A stretch of DNA of 64,000 nt from Amoebidium appalachense (taxonomy: Eukaryota > Protista > Ichthyosporea), in the NCBI GenBank assembly GCA_963693365.1, contig CAVNZM010000005.1:11121728-11185727 (forward strand), written 5' to 3'. This document shows, piece by piece, positions 1-19,303 of this stretch (its first letter is position 1; each line of letters opens with the position of its first letter). The notes below the pieces were generated by a model that ran no database searches, was not told where the DNA came from, and saw only the letters and a program-made list of their open reading frames with translations. The position numbers and the translations under genes are program-made.

Positions 1-11
1 CTCCCCCCCCC

Positions 12-50
<39 letters not shown>

Positions 51-672
51 AAAGAGCATCCGGCGGGGTGAGAATGCGCACTCTCCAACGCCGTACACAT
101 CCTATGTTGAGCTCAAACATGAATGCCGACCAGTGGCACCCATCTGCACAGCCATCCCGTTAGCCAGTGTGACCCTCACCCCCTCCCCCCCCCCCTTCCC
201 CCGATCGCGAATCTCCCCTCTCTGCCTCCTTCTCATCCTCTCCCCCCCCCCCCCCCTTCCCCTCCACGCCCAACCTGCCCCCCCCCCCCCCCCCCTTCAC
301 CCACCCACCCCCACCCCACTCCCCCACCCCTCCGTGCTGACCACCATCAAAACCACACACACAAGTAGACGTATGATAGTTTCGAGAACCCATATAAGGA
401 AACAAAGTCTCATGGGCTAATAAATGCGACGCCCTAACTTGGGGCTAATTCATCCAAATTTTGTGGCTGGTACATGCATACCTAAATACACAAAAGACAC
501 ACACCCACACACAACACACAATCCACGCATATTTTGCACGCGCGCACACACACGTGCACACGCAGTGACACAGAAACAAACACAAACTTTCACACACACA
601 CCCACACACACACACACACGCACACACAAACACACACACACAGACACAGACACACACATACACACAGACACA

Positions 673-713
<41 letters not shown>

Positions 714-1309
714 CAGTGCACAATCACACACACACACACATACACACACACGCAGCAAGGTGTCAGTTTGTGGAATGTGTAGCCCCTGGGGTTCAGTCGG
801 CAAAAACCTGTGTCCCCCCCCCCCTCCCACTCTCCCCCCCTGACCTTTCCCGCCTTCCCCTCCCCTCTCCCCCGCTCACCCCCTTTCACAGGGCTCCCGT
901 TCCACTCAGTCGAAGCGTGCTTTTTGTGACACTAGATATGCAGCCTACCATCACACGACATTTAGACTTGATGGCATATTTGTGCTCTTCGGACCATTTT
1001 GCTTCACCCAAGTGAAGCTGGTCGTCCCCCCCCCCCCCCCCCCCCCCCCCTCCCCCCGGGTTGGGGGGGGGGGGGGGGGGGGGGAGGAGATAAAATTCGA
1101 CTGCACTGAGACGTGAGGGGCATCACGGTGAGATCCAGGTGTAACGTATTCCATCTTTATTTTCTTTTCCTTTCCGTTTTCTTTCTTTCTTTCTTTCTTC
1201 TTCTTCTTTTTTTTAGCTTAGGGGTGGGGTGTGAGTGCCCACTGCCCTTGCCTGCATAAGCAACCCTGCTCGTCTCGGATCAAGACGGGTGACCTACCCA
1301 TGTTCAAGT

Positions 1310-1498
1310 GAAACAGTATCTGAGTTGGGTTTCGTTCGAGGTGAATAGGTCGAAACTCGGGTATTGTGGATGACGTGGGGCCCCTCTGAGGATGGGCTCT
1401 GCTTATTATGCATACTCTTTATGTATGGCTTGCATTCTGCATCGTGTTATCGATATCCGTTTGTTCTTGTGTACTTCGAACTTTTTGACGCATTCAAA
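1310..1498 (+). mobile_element. Dispersed poly-C-associated retroposon-like repeat, copy A (longest; may extend 5' to about 1220)
   Basis: Near-identical to copies B, C and D over 100-150 bp. Ends in CATTCAAA followed by poly-C. Confidence 0.8.
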
Positions 1499-2016
1499 CC
1501 CCCCCCCACCCCCCCCCCCCCCCCCCCCCCCCCCTTCCCCCCTTTTCCCGTAACCCTCTGCCAATCCCACCCCCCGCCCCCCCTTCACAAAAATGCATTT
1601 GCTCATAAAGAGTATCAAATTTGCAAATCAGTCTCATGCACAGGTCCCTTTCTCTGCCTATGTACATACATGTGCAATACCCACAGGTTCTCGTAAAAAG
1701 TAGCGCATACCTCGAAAAAAAATACAAGAGTAGGGCACGAGTGACCTCAGAGGCCGAAATGGTCGTTTACTTGCAGTAAAAATTTAAGTTCTTTTATTTT
1801 CGGTGATGCAGAAAATAACTGGACTCTTGTGACATCAACTTTACGTCACCTCACAAAGTGCCGAATTAGACACCATGCATGATGTCAAAATTGCTGAGCT
1901 CCTCCCCTCCCCTCCCCCCTCCCTCTCCATTTCCCCCCTCCTCCCCCCCCCAAAAAATAAGAAAAGAAAAAAAAAATCCCCACACAATCTTTCCCTCGTA
2001 CCTTCTCTTCATGTTC

Positions 2017-2124
2017 AACACTCGCAAAAACAAGCATGTTTTGTCGGGCGCCGTGCACACACTGGCATACAGGCGCTACAGACACATCCGAGGAAGGGGG
2101 GTTGGTGCACCTCTCTGAGTCATA

Positions 2125-2171
<47 letters not shown>

Positions 2172-2790
2172 ACGATTTCATCTCCGATCTCCTTTTCCCC
2201 TCCCTCCTCCACAACCCCCCTTCCTCCCTCCCTCCCGGGTGATCAATGAGGGCGAGAAAATGAGCACGAGAGAAGGGGGGAGGGGGGAGGGGGCTAAAGA
2301 AAAGAGTGGCGAAAAAGGGGGGGGGGGGGGTGTGTGGGGAGCATATCAGTCTTGTGTACTCTTGCAATCGGGGGGGGGGGGGGGGGGGAGGGGGGGGAGG
2401 AGGGGAGGAGGGGGGGAGGGGGGAGGGGGGCATATAGGTATTGTGTACTCTTGCAATCGTGGGGGGGGGGGGGGGGGGAGGGGAGGAGGGGGGCATATCA
2501 GTCTTGTGTACTCTTGCAATCGGGGGGCGGGGGGGGAGGGGGGGGGGGGGACTGAGAGTGAGGGGAGGGGGGAGGGGGGAGGGGGGCAACAGAGGCTCTG
2601 TGTCAAGGCAAGGAAAAGATGGTGATGGATCATTTGCATTCAAAGATTGCATTCGCACATGCGCATGCACATTTATACACAAAAAACACGCACACACATG
2701 TGCACACATAAGCACACACACGCACACACACGCACGTACACAAATACACACGGACACAGACACAAACACACGCACACGAACGCGCGCACG

Positions 2791-2888
<98 letters not shown>

Positions 2889-2987
2889 AACACGTGTTAC
2901 TGCAAGGTGAGATCATCGGATTTGTGTCTAGCCTGTATGCCAGTGTGTGCACGGCACCAACAAAACGTGTTTGTTTTTGCGAGTGTT
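2017..2987. repeat. Foldback element: about 72-75 bp imperfect inverted repeats (2017-2091 and 2916-2987) enclosing simple repeats and three 29-bp direct repeats
   Basis: AACACTCGCAAAAACAA...GCCGTGCACACACTGGCATACAGGC is present in opposite orientations. GCATATCAGTCTTGTGTACTCTTGCAATC-like units occur at about 2341, 2430 and 2493. Confidence 0.75.
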
Positions 2988-3385
2988 TGTGTGTCAGAGA
3001 CTCTCCCTGTAAACCTCGAGAGGGGTTTTATAGTGTGTGCGCGTGTGTGTGTGTGTGTGTGTGTGTGTGCGCACGCGCGTCTTTAATGGGGGAGGCGAGG
3101 GGGGCAAGGGGAGGGAGGGAGCGGAGGGGGGGAGGGGGGGGGGGGGGGAGGAGCATAGGGGTTGCGAGATCCAGGTCTTTTTGCAGGCATGTATATACGT
3201 GAGATAAAAGGACTCACACGGAGTTTTGTATCGTGACCGTCCCTGTCAAGAAGCCTCGCCTGCCAAAGTGCCAATCCCAAACATACTTTTACTAGGCGAA
3301 TGGAGTGAGCCACTTAACGCTCAATTGTTCAAGGGGGGTAAAATGACGAGCTTAACAGTTTTTCTTTTTTTTAAAAAAATGATTG

Positions 3386-3498
<113 letters not shown>

Positions 3499-3979
3499 GT
3501 AATCTCGGTTAAACCTTTTTTTCCGGAGGAATTGAATCCAACTCCTTGATTTCCCCCGTAGGGACCCCGGTCCCTCACTAAGCAGACTTTACTGTATGTG
3601 TCTCCTCCTCCCCCCCCCCCCCTCCCTCTCCCCTTTCCTCTCTCTCCCCCCTCTTCCCCTTCACTCCCTTCCTCCCTCCCCCTTCTCCGCCTTCTCTCTC
3701 TTCCTTTCTCTCTCTCTCTATCTCCCCCCCCCCCTCCCCCCGACCGTTTTCCCTCTCCCTCCCTCCCCCTTCTCCCCCCTTTCTCTCCCACTCCCTGTCC
3801 GTCTCTCAAAGTTTCTCGCTCTTTCTCTACTCTCTCTCTTTCTACCTTTCCTTCCCCTCTCACTTTCTCTCTATCCCCCTCCCTCCCCCATTCCTCTCCC
3901 CCTCCTCCCCTCTGTCTCTCTCTCTCTCTCGTTCTCCCCCCCTCTCATACACACACACACACACACACTCTCTCTCTCA

Positions 3980-4013
<34 letters not shown>

Positions 4014-4064
4014 TTCTCCCCCCTCCCCCCTTCGCACACACACACACTCTCTCTCTCCCTCTCC

Positions 4065-4095
<31 letters not shown>

Positions 4096-5806
4096 GCGCG
4101 CGCTCCCCCCCCCCCCCCCCCCCTCCCCTCTCTCTTCGCCAACCCCCCCACCCCGACCCCCCTTTCCTCGAGCTGACTCTCCCAACCCCCACCAATACAC
4201 AAGGCATCATAACTTCTTGCCTCCCTGGGTCAATTTCCCTTAGGGCGCCATATATATGCTCGGCCGAACCCTTTTGGTGCAATTCACTTGGCATATTTAT
4301 CCATAATAAATTAACTTAAACCCTAGCTCAATTGGGGCCCCGAAGCGATGAAGCCTGAAATGCACTCACATGTACGCTATCTCGTGTATCTCTAACGGGG
4401 TGTCTTTGAGCGAGCTTTGCCAACAAGACCATGAACTGAACATGAAAAAAATATGACGATGCGGGTCGATCACAACCGGACCACCACAGTGCGACACATG
4501 GTCTCTGAGTGATCGAGTACATACGATGTAAACCATATCTACACATGTGCACGGATCGATCACCAGACAACTTCGAATTCTGCTATGATATATGGGCTCA
4601 GCTCTAATATTCGGAAATTCCTGCAGATGATTGCAATATAAAATTTGTTTATAATTCTAAGTTAGCTCAATAGAAAGAAGCTGGTGTGGAGGTTCACCTG
4701 TATGTGGCCGGCATCAAGTAGAAACAATCATCACTGTTTTATTTATGTCCAAGAATGTCAAATTAGCCTCCTTTATGCTTTTGATTGGTTAACTATGATT
4801 GGTACAAAATAGATCAAAACATACCAAAGATCTAGGGGTCCGCCAATCGGGTAGCTCGAAGTAACTATTGGTCGTTCAAAATCTCTCAGTCATCGTGTGA
4901 AAATCTAACGTAGGTGCCATACATAGGTTTGAGCGTACAAAGAAGGTAAAGCTTTGTGTTGAAGTTCTGGCGACTCATTCCTTATTGAAAATGATCTTAT
5001 TAAAATAAAAATGGAATCCCCCGTACCCTTCTAGTAATTTGTCGCAAATGCACGTGTAGCCCTTTCACGAGCCAAGCAGAGAGGCTTTCCAATTAGATCT
5101 GTAAACCCCAATTAGATCTGCGGAAAGCCGCCGTCGGCGTCCCGGAGGTAGTGCAAAATGTTCGCAAGTACGTGAGCGTCGAAATGCCTGCTTTGTATCT
5201 GCAAGCCTGCAGGGCCATGGGCAATACATATGCATACATCATGCTTATAATAATGCCACATACAACTTCCAAATGACTCTTTTATATTTCACTATAGTTT
5301 TAATCATTTTTCGCACCTGGAAATGGCCCCGAAACGTTAACGCTCCAGCCTGCCAATTCACGAACATCAAACCACAACATAATTTGCAGGAACATGTTCT
5401 CGAGCTCCGCCACTAGCTTTGATATTTTGTAGGACTCCGGGAACTAGCAACAACCATCCTGCAGCCACGTACAAAGCCACACCAGTGCCCTTCTTCGTCA
5501 CAAGCCACACATCTACATGCATCCCCGGGATCGTGACACCATGAGATTAACGCTTGGTTGAAATCATGCTCCAGCACCGTCGCGGTGTCTTTAAACAAAT
5601 GTGTGTATGCACGTTTGCATAAAAGGACATCTTTATTATTTTTTGTCAAAATCTACGAAGGCAGGGAATTTTCACTCCTCAGCAGCCAAGTTGATGAGCC
5701 ATTATGAGCTATAAGCACTTACCCATGGCCATATATATTGATGGTGAACGGACTGCTACGATTTTCCCAAATTATCTCTGCCCTCCTCTGGCTACTTGCT
5801 ATACCC

Positions 5807-5872
5807 GATTGGTTGGCGATAAGATCGCCAAGATGCGGCTTCGCAGCCGCACCATTCGGAGCACATATAAAA
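5807..5872 (+). promoter_or_regulatory. Putative Pol II promoter of UNC-93 copy A (inverted CCAAT, GATAAG, TATA)
   Basis: GATTGG at 5807, GATAAGATC at 5818 and TATAAAA at 5866, about 105 bp before the ATG. Confidence 0.5.
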
Positions 5873-5976
5873 CAAGCCGGACAACACGGTGTTTGTCATA
5901 CAATCAGTGTGGCTGTACCTCACGACTGTATACATTGTAGCATTACGCGAGTATACTTGAACAAAAAAACGCAACC

Positions 5977-7371
5977 ATGGGGCTCAACTCTGGTAAGGTC
6001 CAGGTGATCATTGTGGCCTTCCTGGCCTTCTCCTGCCCGGGCATGTTCAACGCCATGTCCGGCCTGGGCGGCGCCGGCAGCACCGATGCCACCACCGCAA
6101 ACAACTCCAACACGGCCCTCTACGCCTGCTTTGCCATCTTCGGCTACTTCGGCGGTATGCTCTTCAACCTGTGCGGCGACTACGGCAACAAGATTCTGAT
6201 GGGCGGTGGCGGTCTCACCTACGTGCTTTACGCTGTGGGCCAGTACGCTGCCGGCCACGACCCCTCGTACAACTGGCTGGCCATCCTGTCTGGTGCCCTG
6301 CTCGGTGTGGGTGCAGGTCTGTTCTGGACGGCCCAGGGCGCCATGATGATGGCCTATGCCCCCGAGGAGAAGAAGGGCACCTACATCTCCCTCTTCTGGG
6401 TCATCTTCAACCTCGGCGGCTGCCTCGGTGGTCTGCTCGTGTTTGCCGTCAACTTCAACTCCGAGTCTGGCGGTGCCTCTGCGGCCACCTACTTCACCTT
6501 TGCCGGCATCATGGCTGTGGGCTCCATCTCTGCCTTCTTCCTGCTGGTCAACCCCAAGACCGTCATCCGCGAGGATGGTGAGGCCGTGGAGTTCGAGAAG
6601 CCCACGTCTCCGTTTGAGGAGTTCAGGAACGTAGCCCTCATGTTCCTTGACAAGCACATGATCCTGCTTGCTCCGCTGTTTGCCACCTCCAACTTCTTCT
6701 ACACTTACCAATTCAACGCCGTCAACGGTGCCCTCTTCACCATCCGTGCCCGCGGGCTCAACAGTGCCCTTTACTGGGCCTCTCAGATGTTGGGTGCATT
6801 CCTGTTCGGTCAGCAGTTCCTTGACCGTCCCAGCCTCTCCCGCAAGAAGCGTGCCGTGATGGGTGGTGCTATTCTTGCTGCTCTCTTTACCGTTGCATGG
6901 GCCATGGGCACCTATCTGCAGCTTGGCTGGGAGGGTGGCTTTGACAAGCCCGGCTATGCCTGCGACCTCAAGAAGGATCCCCCCTGCACCCCCGAGCTAG
7001 CTAACAGCCCCCGCATCGACATCACAAATGGTGGCCGCTACTTTTATCCTATCATTGTGTTCCTGCTGTACGGCATCTGCGACGCCATGCTGCAGACCTA
7101 CGCCTACTGGATCATGGGGGCCATCACCAACGACCTGTCCCAGGCCGCCCGCTACACCGGGTTCTACAAGGGCGTGCAGTCCGGTTTCGGCGCCATTGCT
7201 TGGCAGCTGGACAACAACGCCAACTGGAAAGTGCAGCTGTTTGTCAACTGGGGCATGTTCACCCTGGCCATCCCCTTCTACATGTTCGTGGCTGCCAAGT
7301 ACGTCCAGAACACCCTCCGCGACGACGCTGCTTCTGCCAACGTTGTCTCCGAGAAGAAGGCCGAGTACTAA
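5977..7371 (+). CDS. UNC-93-like MFS membrane protein, intronless (copy A, 464 aa)
   Basis: Clean ORF with GC-rich third codon positions and many hydrophobic helices. Carries UNC-93-like motifs CPGMFNAMSGLGGAG, GAGLFWTAQG and YTYQFN. TATAAAA at 5866-5872. Confidence 0.92.
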   Translation: MGLNSGKVQVIIVAFLAFSCPGMFNAMSGLGGAGSTDATTANNSNTALYACFAIFGYFGGMLFNLCGDYGNKILMGGGGLTYVLYAVGQYAAGHDPSYNWLAILSGALLGVGAGLFWTAQGAMMMAYAPEEKKGTYISLFWVIFNLGGCLGGLLVFAVNFNSESGGASAATYFTFAGIMAVGSISAFFLLVNPKTVIREDGEAVEFEKPTSPFEEFRNVALMFLDKHMILLAPLFATSNFFYTYQFNAVNGALFTIRARGLNSALYWASQMLGAFLFGQQFLDRPSLSRKKRAVMGGAILAALFTVAWAMGTYLQLGWEGGFDKPGYACDLKKDPPCTPELANSPRIDITNGGRYFYPIIVFLLYGICDAMLQTYAYWIMGAITNDLSQAARYTGFYKGVQSGFGAIAWQLDNNANWKVQLFVNWGMFTLAIPFYMFVAAKYVQNTLRDDAASANVVSEKKAEY

Positions 7372-7783
7372 GATCCTTTTCTCATAGTACGTGTCGGCTG
7401 CTAAACCATGTGTCTTGATATGTATACATAGCCTAATGTACGAGTTTCATGAAATTCAAACAGTGGCACCGGGAAAATGTAGTAGCTTGCTTTGTTGTAA
7501 ATGTAATAGGACCTGATAAACTTAGTTAGGCACACATATACATCAGTGATTTGCTATTGTGTAAACCACTGTAAAGAGGATGAATAAATTTGAGAGAAAC
7601 CACCATGGTCAGAGTTCCCCCCCCCCCCCCCCCATCTCTATCTCTCTATCTCTCCCTATCTCTATCTCTCTCTCTCTTGCTCTCTCTCGCCTGTCTCCCC
7701 CCCCCCCCCTCTCCCTCCCCCTCTTTCCCCCCCCCCCCCTCATCTCTCGCTCTCTCTCTCTCTTTCTCGCTTTCTCTCGCTCG

Positions 7784-7819
<36 letters not shown>

Positions 7820-7922
7820 TCCCCCTACCTCCCACTCTTGAGTCCCTCCTTCTCTTCCCCAAACCCCTCTCTCTCTCACTCAATCTCTACCTCCTCTCTC
7901 TCCCTTTCCCCCATCTCTCTCT

Positions 7923-8048
<126 letters not shown>

Positions 8049-8254
8049 CCCCCCCCTCCCCCCCCCTCCCCCTCTTTCCTCTCTCTCTCTCGTTCAATCC
8101 CCCCTCTCTCCTCTCACTCTCTCGCTCCCTCCCCCCCCCCCTCTCCTCACACCCACCCACCCACCCACCCACCCACCCACCCACACCTCTCTCTCTCTCT
8201 CTCTATCTCCCTCTCTCACTCTTTCTCTCTCTCCCCAGGCTCCCCCCCCCCTCT

Positions 8255-8335
<81 letters not shown>

Positions 8336-9288
8336 CTCTCTCTGTCACTTCCCCCCTCCCCGTATCCCCCTCCCCCTCTTTCTCCCTTTCTCTCCTCTCA
8401 CTTCTCCCCCCCCCCCCCCCCCCCCCCTCCTCCCCTTCCCCCCCGCGTCGGCGCTCTTCCCTTAATAGCCCTCACCTTCCAAATCCCGAGCCTGAGGCTC
8501 AGTGACGTGCACACACATGCACACATTGCAAAAAGAAGGTTCGTGCAAGAAGTCATGATGTAGCTCCGGTCTCTCAACAAATTTCAAAGCATTCCATGCA
8601 GTGATCTCAAACCGTCCTCCACCCCCCAGGCCCTGCCAGTGAATTCGAACACACACCTCGAGGAGTCCGCTCTTCCCATTAATGGCCCGTTCATCTTCCA
8701 AGAAGACCGTAACTTGTGACATGTTGTACAATCTTTCTTGCACAAGACTGGAAGAGAAGCCATATGCCCACTGAAGTATCTTCTTCGCAGTCTGCTTTTA
8801 ACGTTAACCAGGTGTGAACTTGATTTCCTAGGCCTATGTTCCTTCCAAGTTCCTTCTTCGAAGTTTGTGGAACTACCTTCAAGTCAGTTCAACTGAGCTG
8901 CTTTCGTTTGTCCAGCAGTCTCCCCGGGCAGTCCCTCAGGCTTTCACCCGCTACTCTACGTAAGGCCGGCCCTACTACGCTGCAGCCTGCGGCAACTTAC
9001 ACAGCGTAAACCCCCCAAAACAGCGTAAACCCCAGGTACATATGTATGTCAGGGAGGCCATGCAGGGAAACAGCACTCAAAGTGAATATTTGTCGAGGCC
9101 TCCTTTGTAAGAAAGATTGTCTTAATTGCTTTGGACTAATGATTGGTTGGCGTTGGCGCCAAAAATGCAAGATCGCTATATATGGGCAGTAATTTAACGA
9201 ATTCATTGGTTTCCACATTTACCCTCCTCACTCTCACATGTGACATCACAAAGTCATTTGAGCAGAGAGAGAGAGAGAGAGAGAGAGT

Positions 9289-9344
<56 letters not shown>

Positions 9345-9436
9345 GGAGGGAGAGAGGGAGAGAGAGCTCGAAACAGCGGTGGAGAAGAGCAGCTACTAGT
9401 AACGAAATCTAACAGGTGTCAAAATAACCAGTGAGA

Positions 9437-17200
<7,764 letters not shown>

Positions 17201-17286
17201 GTAAACGTGCATGCATTGCCTGGTGTTTTTTCTTTTTCTTTTTGGTGGCGGTGGTGGTGGTGGTGGTGGTGGTGGTGTGTGTGTGT

Positions 17287-17331
<45 letters not shown>

Positions 17332-17489
17332 GTTGTAGATTTATGTCAGTGGGTTGCTGTGTTAGGGTGAGCAAGACGGTTGATACTGAGGTGATTCCTC
17401 TATTTTTTTCCGGGTTTCCCCATCCCCCCTGTCATTTCTTTTCATTTCATTTCATTTCTTTCTTTCTTTTTTTTTATTTTTATTTTTTT

Positions 17490-17569
<80 letters not shown>

Positions 17570-17907
17570 GGTCCATACGCCATGGCGTATCATTGAAATG
17601 GGCGCAACAAAGAGAAAAGCTGTGTATGTTGTTATAATCATGTGGGCCGGTTAGAAGCATACTGAATGCACCGTGTGGGACTTTTCTGGAACGAATGAAT
17701 GCAAGAATAAACACGTGTGACTGTGCATGCTGATACAGATGAACTGATGGCGCCCATACAAACTTCCCTACACAAGTTCCACACAGACACAGGCAGTCTT
17801 TCTTCAATTCATACATGCGGATTTAAGACTTAAGCATTCAGTGCACGAAAGCACAGTCTAACCTAAAAGTTCGCGGGCCTAGCCGGCACCTGCCGCGTAG
17901 GACAGAG

Positions 17908-19303
17908 TTAATACTCGGCCTTCTTCTCGGAGACTACGTTGGCAGAGGCAGCGTCGTCGCGGAGGGTGTTCTGGACGTACTTTGCGGCCACGAACATGTA
18001 GAAGGGGATGGCCAGGGTGAACATGCCCCAGTTGACAAACAGCTGCACCTTCCAGTTGGCGTTGTTGTCCAGCTGCCAGGCAATGGCGCCGAAACCGGAC
18101 TGAACACCCTTGTAGAACCCGGTGTAGCGGGCGGCCTGGGACAGGTCGTTGGTGATGGCGCCCATGATCCAGTAGGCGTAGGTCTGCAGCATGGCGTCGC
18201 AGATACCGTACAGGAGGAAGCAGATGATGGGGTAGATGTAGCGGCTGCCGTCACCAATGTCGATGCGGGGGCTGTTGGCAAGCTCGGGGGTGCAGGGGGG
18301 ATCCTTCTTGAGGTCGCAGGCATAGCCGGGCTTGTCATAACCACCCTCCCAGCCGACCTGCAGATAGGTGCCTATGGCCCATGCAAGGGTGAAGATGGCG
18401 GCCAGGATGGCACCACCCATGATGGCACGCTTCTTGCGGGGGGAGAGTGGGGCGGTCAAGGAACTGTTGACCGAAGAGGAAGGCACCCAACATCTGAGAG
18501 GCCCAGTAGAGAGAGCTGTTGAGACCGCGTGCACGGATGGTGAAGAGGGCACCGTTGACGGCGTTGAATTGGTAAGTGTAGAAGAAGTTGGAGGTGGCAA
18601 AGAGGGGAGCAAGCAGGATCATGTGTTTGTCCAGGAACATGAGGGCTACGTTCTTGAACTCCTCGGCGGGGGAGGCGGTCTTCTCAAACTCCACGGCCTC
18701 ACCATCCTCGCGGATGACGGTCTTAGGGTTGACCAGCAGGAAGAAGGCAGCGATGGAGCCCACAGCCATGATGCCGGCAAAGGTGAAGTAGGTGGCCGCA
18801 GAGGCGCCGCCAGCCTCGGAGTTGAAGTTGACAGCAAACACGAGCAGACCACCGAGGCAGCCGCCGAGGTTGAAGATGACCCAGAAGAGGGAGATGTACG
18901 TGCCCTTCTTCTCCTCGGGGGCATAGGCCATCATCATGGCGCCCTGGGCCGTCCAGAACAGACCGGCACCCACACCGAGCAGGGCACCAGACAGGATGGC
19001 CAGCCAGTTGTACGAGGGGTCGTGGCCGGCAGCGTACTGGCCCACGGCGTAAAGCACGTAGGTGAGACCGCCACCGCCCATCAGAATCTTGTTGCCGTAG
19101 TCGCCGCACAGGTTGAAGAGCATACCGCCGAAGTAGCCGAAGATGGCAAAGCAGGCGTAGAGGGCCGTGTTGGAGTTGTTTGCGGTGGTGGCATCGGTGC
19201 TGCCGGCGCCGCCCAGGCCGGACATGGCGTTGAACATGCCCGGGCAGGAGAAGGCCAGGAAGGCCACAATGATCACCTGGACCTTACCAGAGTTGAGCGC
19301 CAT
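17908..19303 (-). CDS. UNC-93-like MFS membrane protein, intronless (copy B); one +1 frameshift in a C6 run at 18438-18443
   Basis: ORFs 18335..19303 and 17908..18612 together align end to end with copy A. Removing one base from the homopolymer restores ...DRPTLPRKKRA.... This is either a sequencing error or recent pseudogenisation. Confidence 0.85.

Noticed and set aside
1343-1498. The repeat as a C/D snoRNA, tRNA-derived SINE, or standard type II hammerhead (GAAACTCGGGTA palindrome)
   Set aside because: No proper C/D box arrangement or Pol III A/B boxes were seen. For type II, stem I cannot form after GUA and copy G lacks that triplet.
5920-6711. Long antisense ORFs over both UNC-93 copies (also 18368..19369)
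   Set aside because: Shadow frames caused by high GC at third codon positions.
8540-9000. Unique-sequence island with short minus-strand ORFs
   Set aside because: Multiple stops and no recognisable motif.
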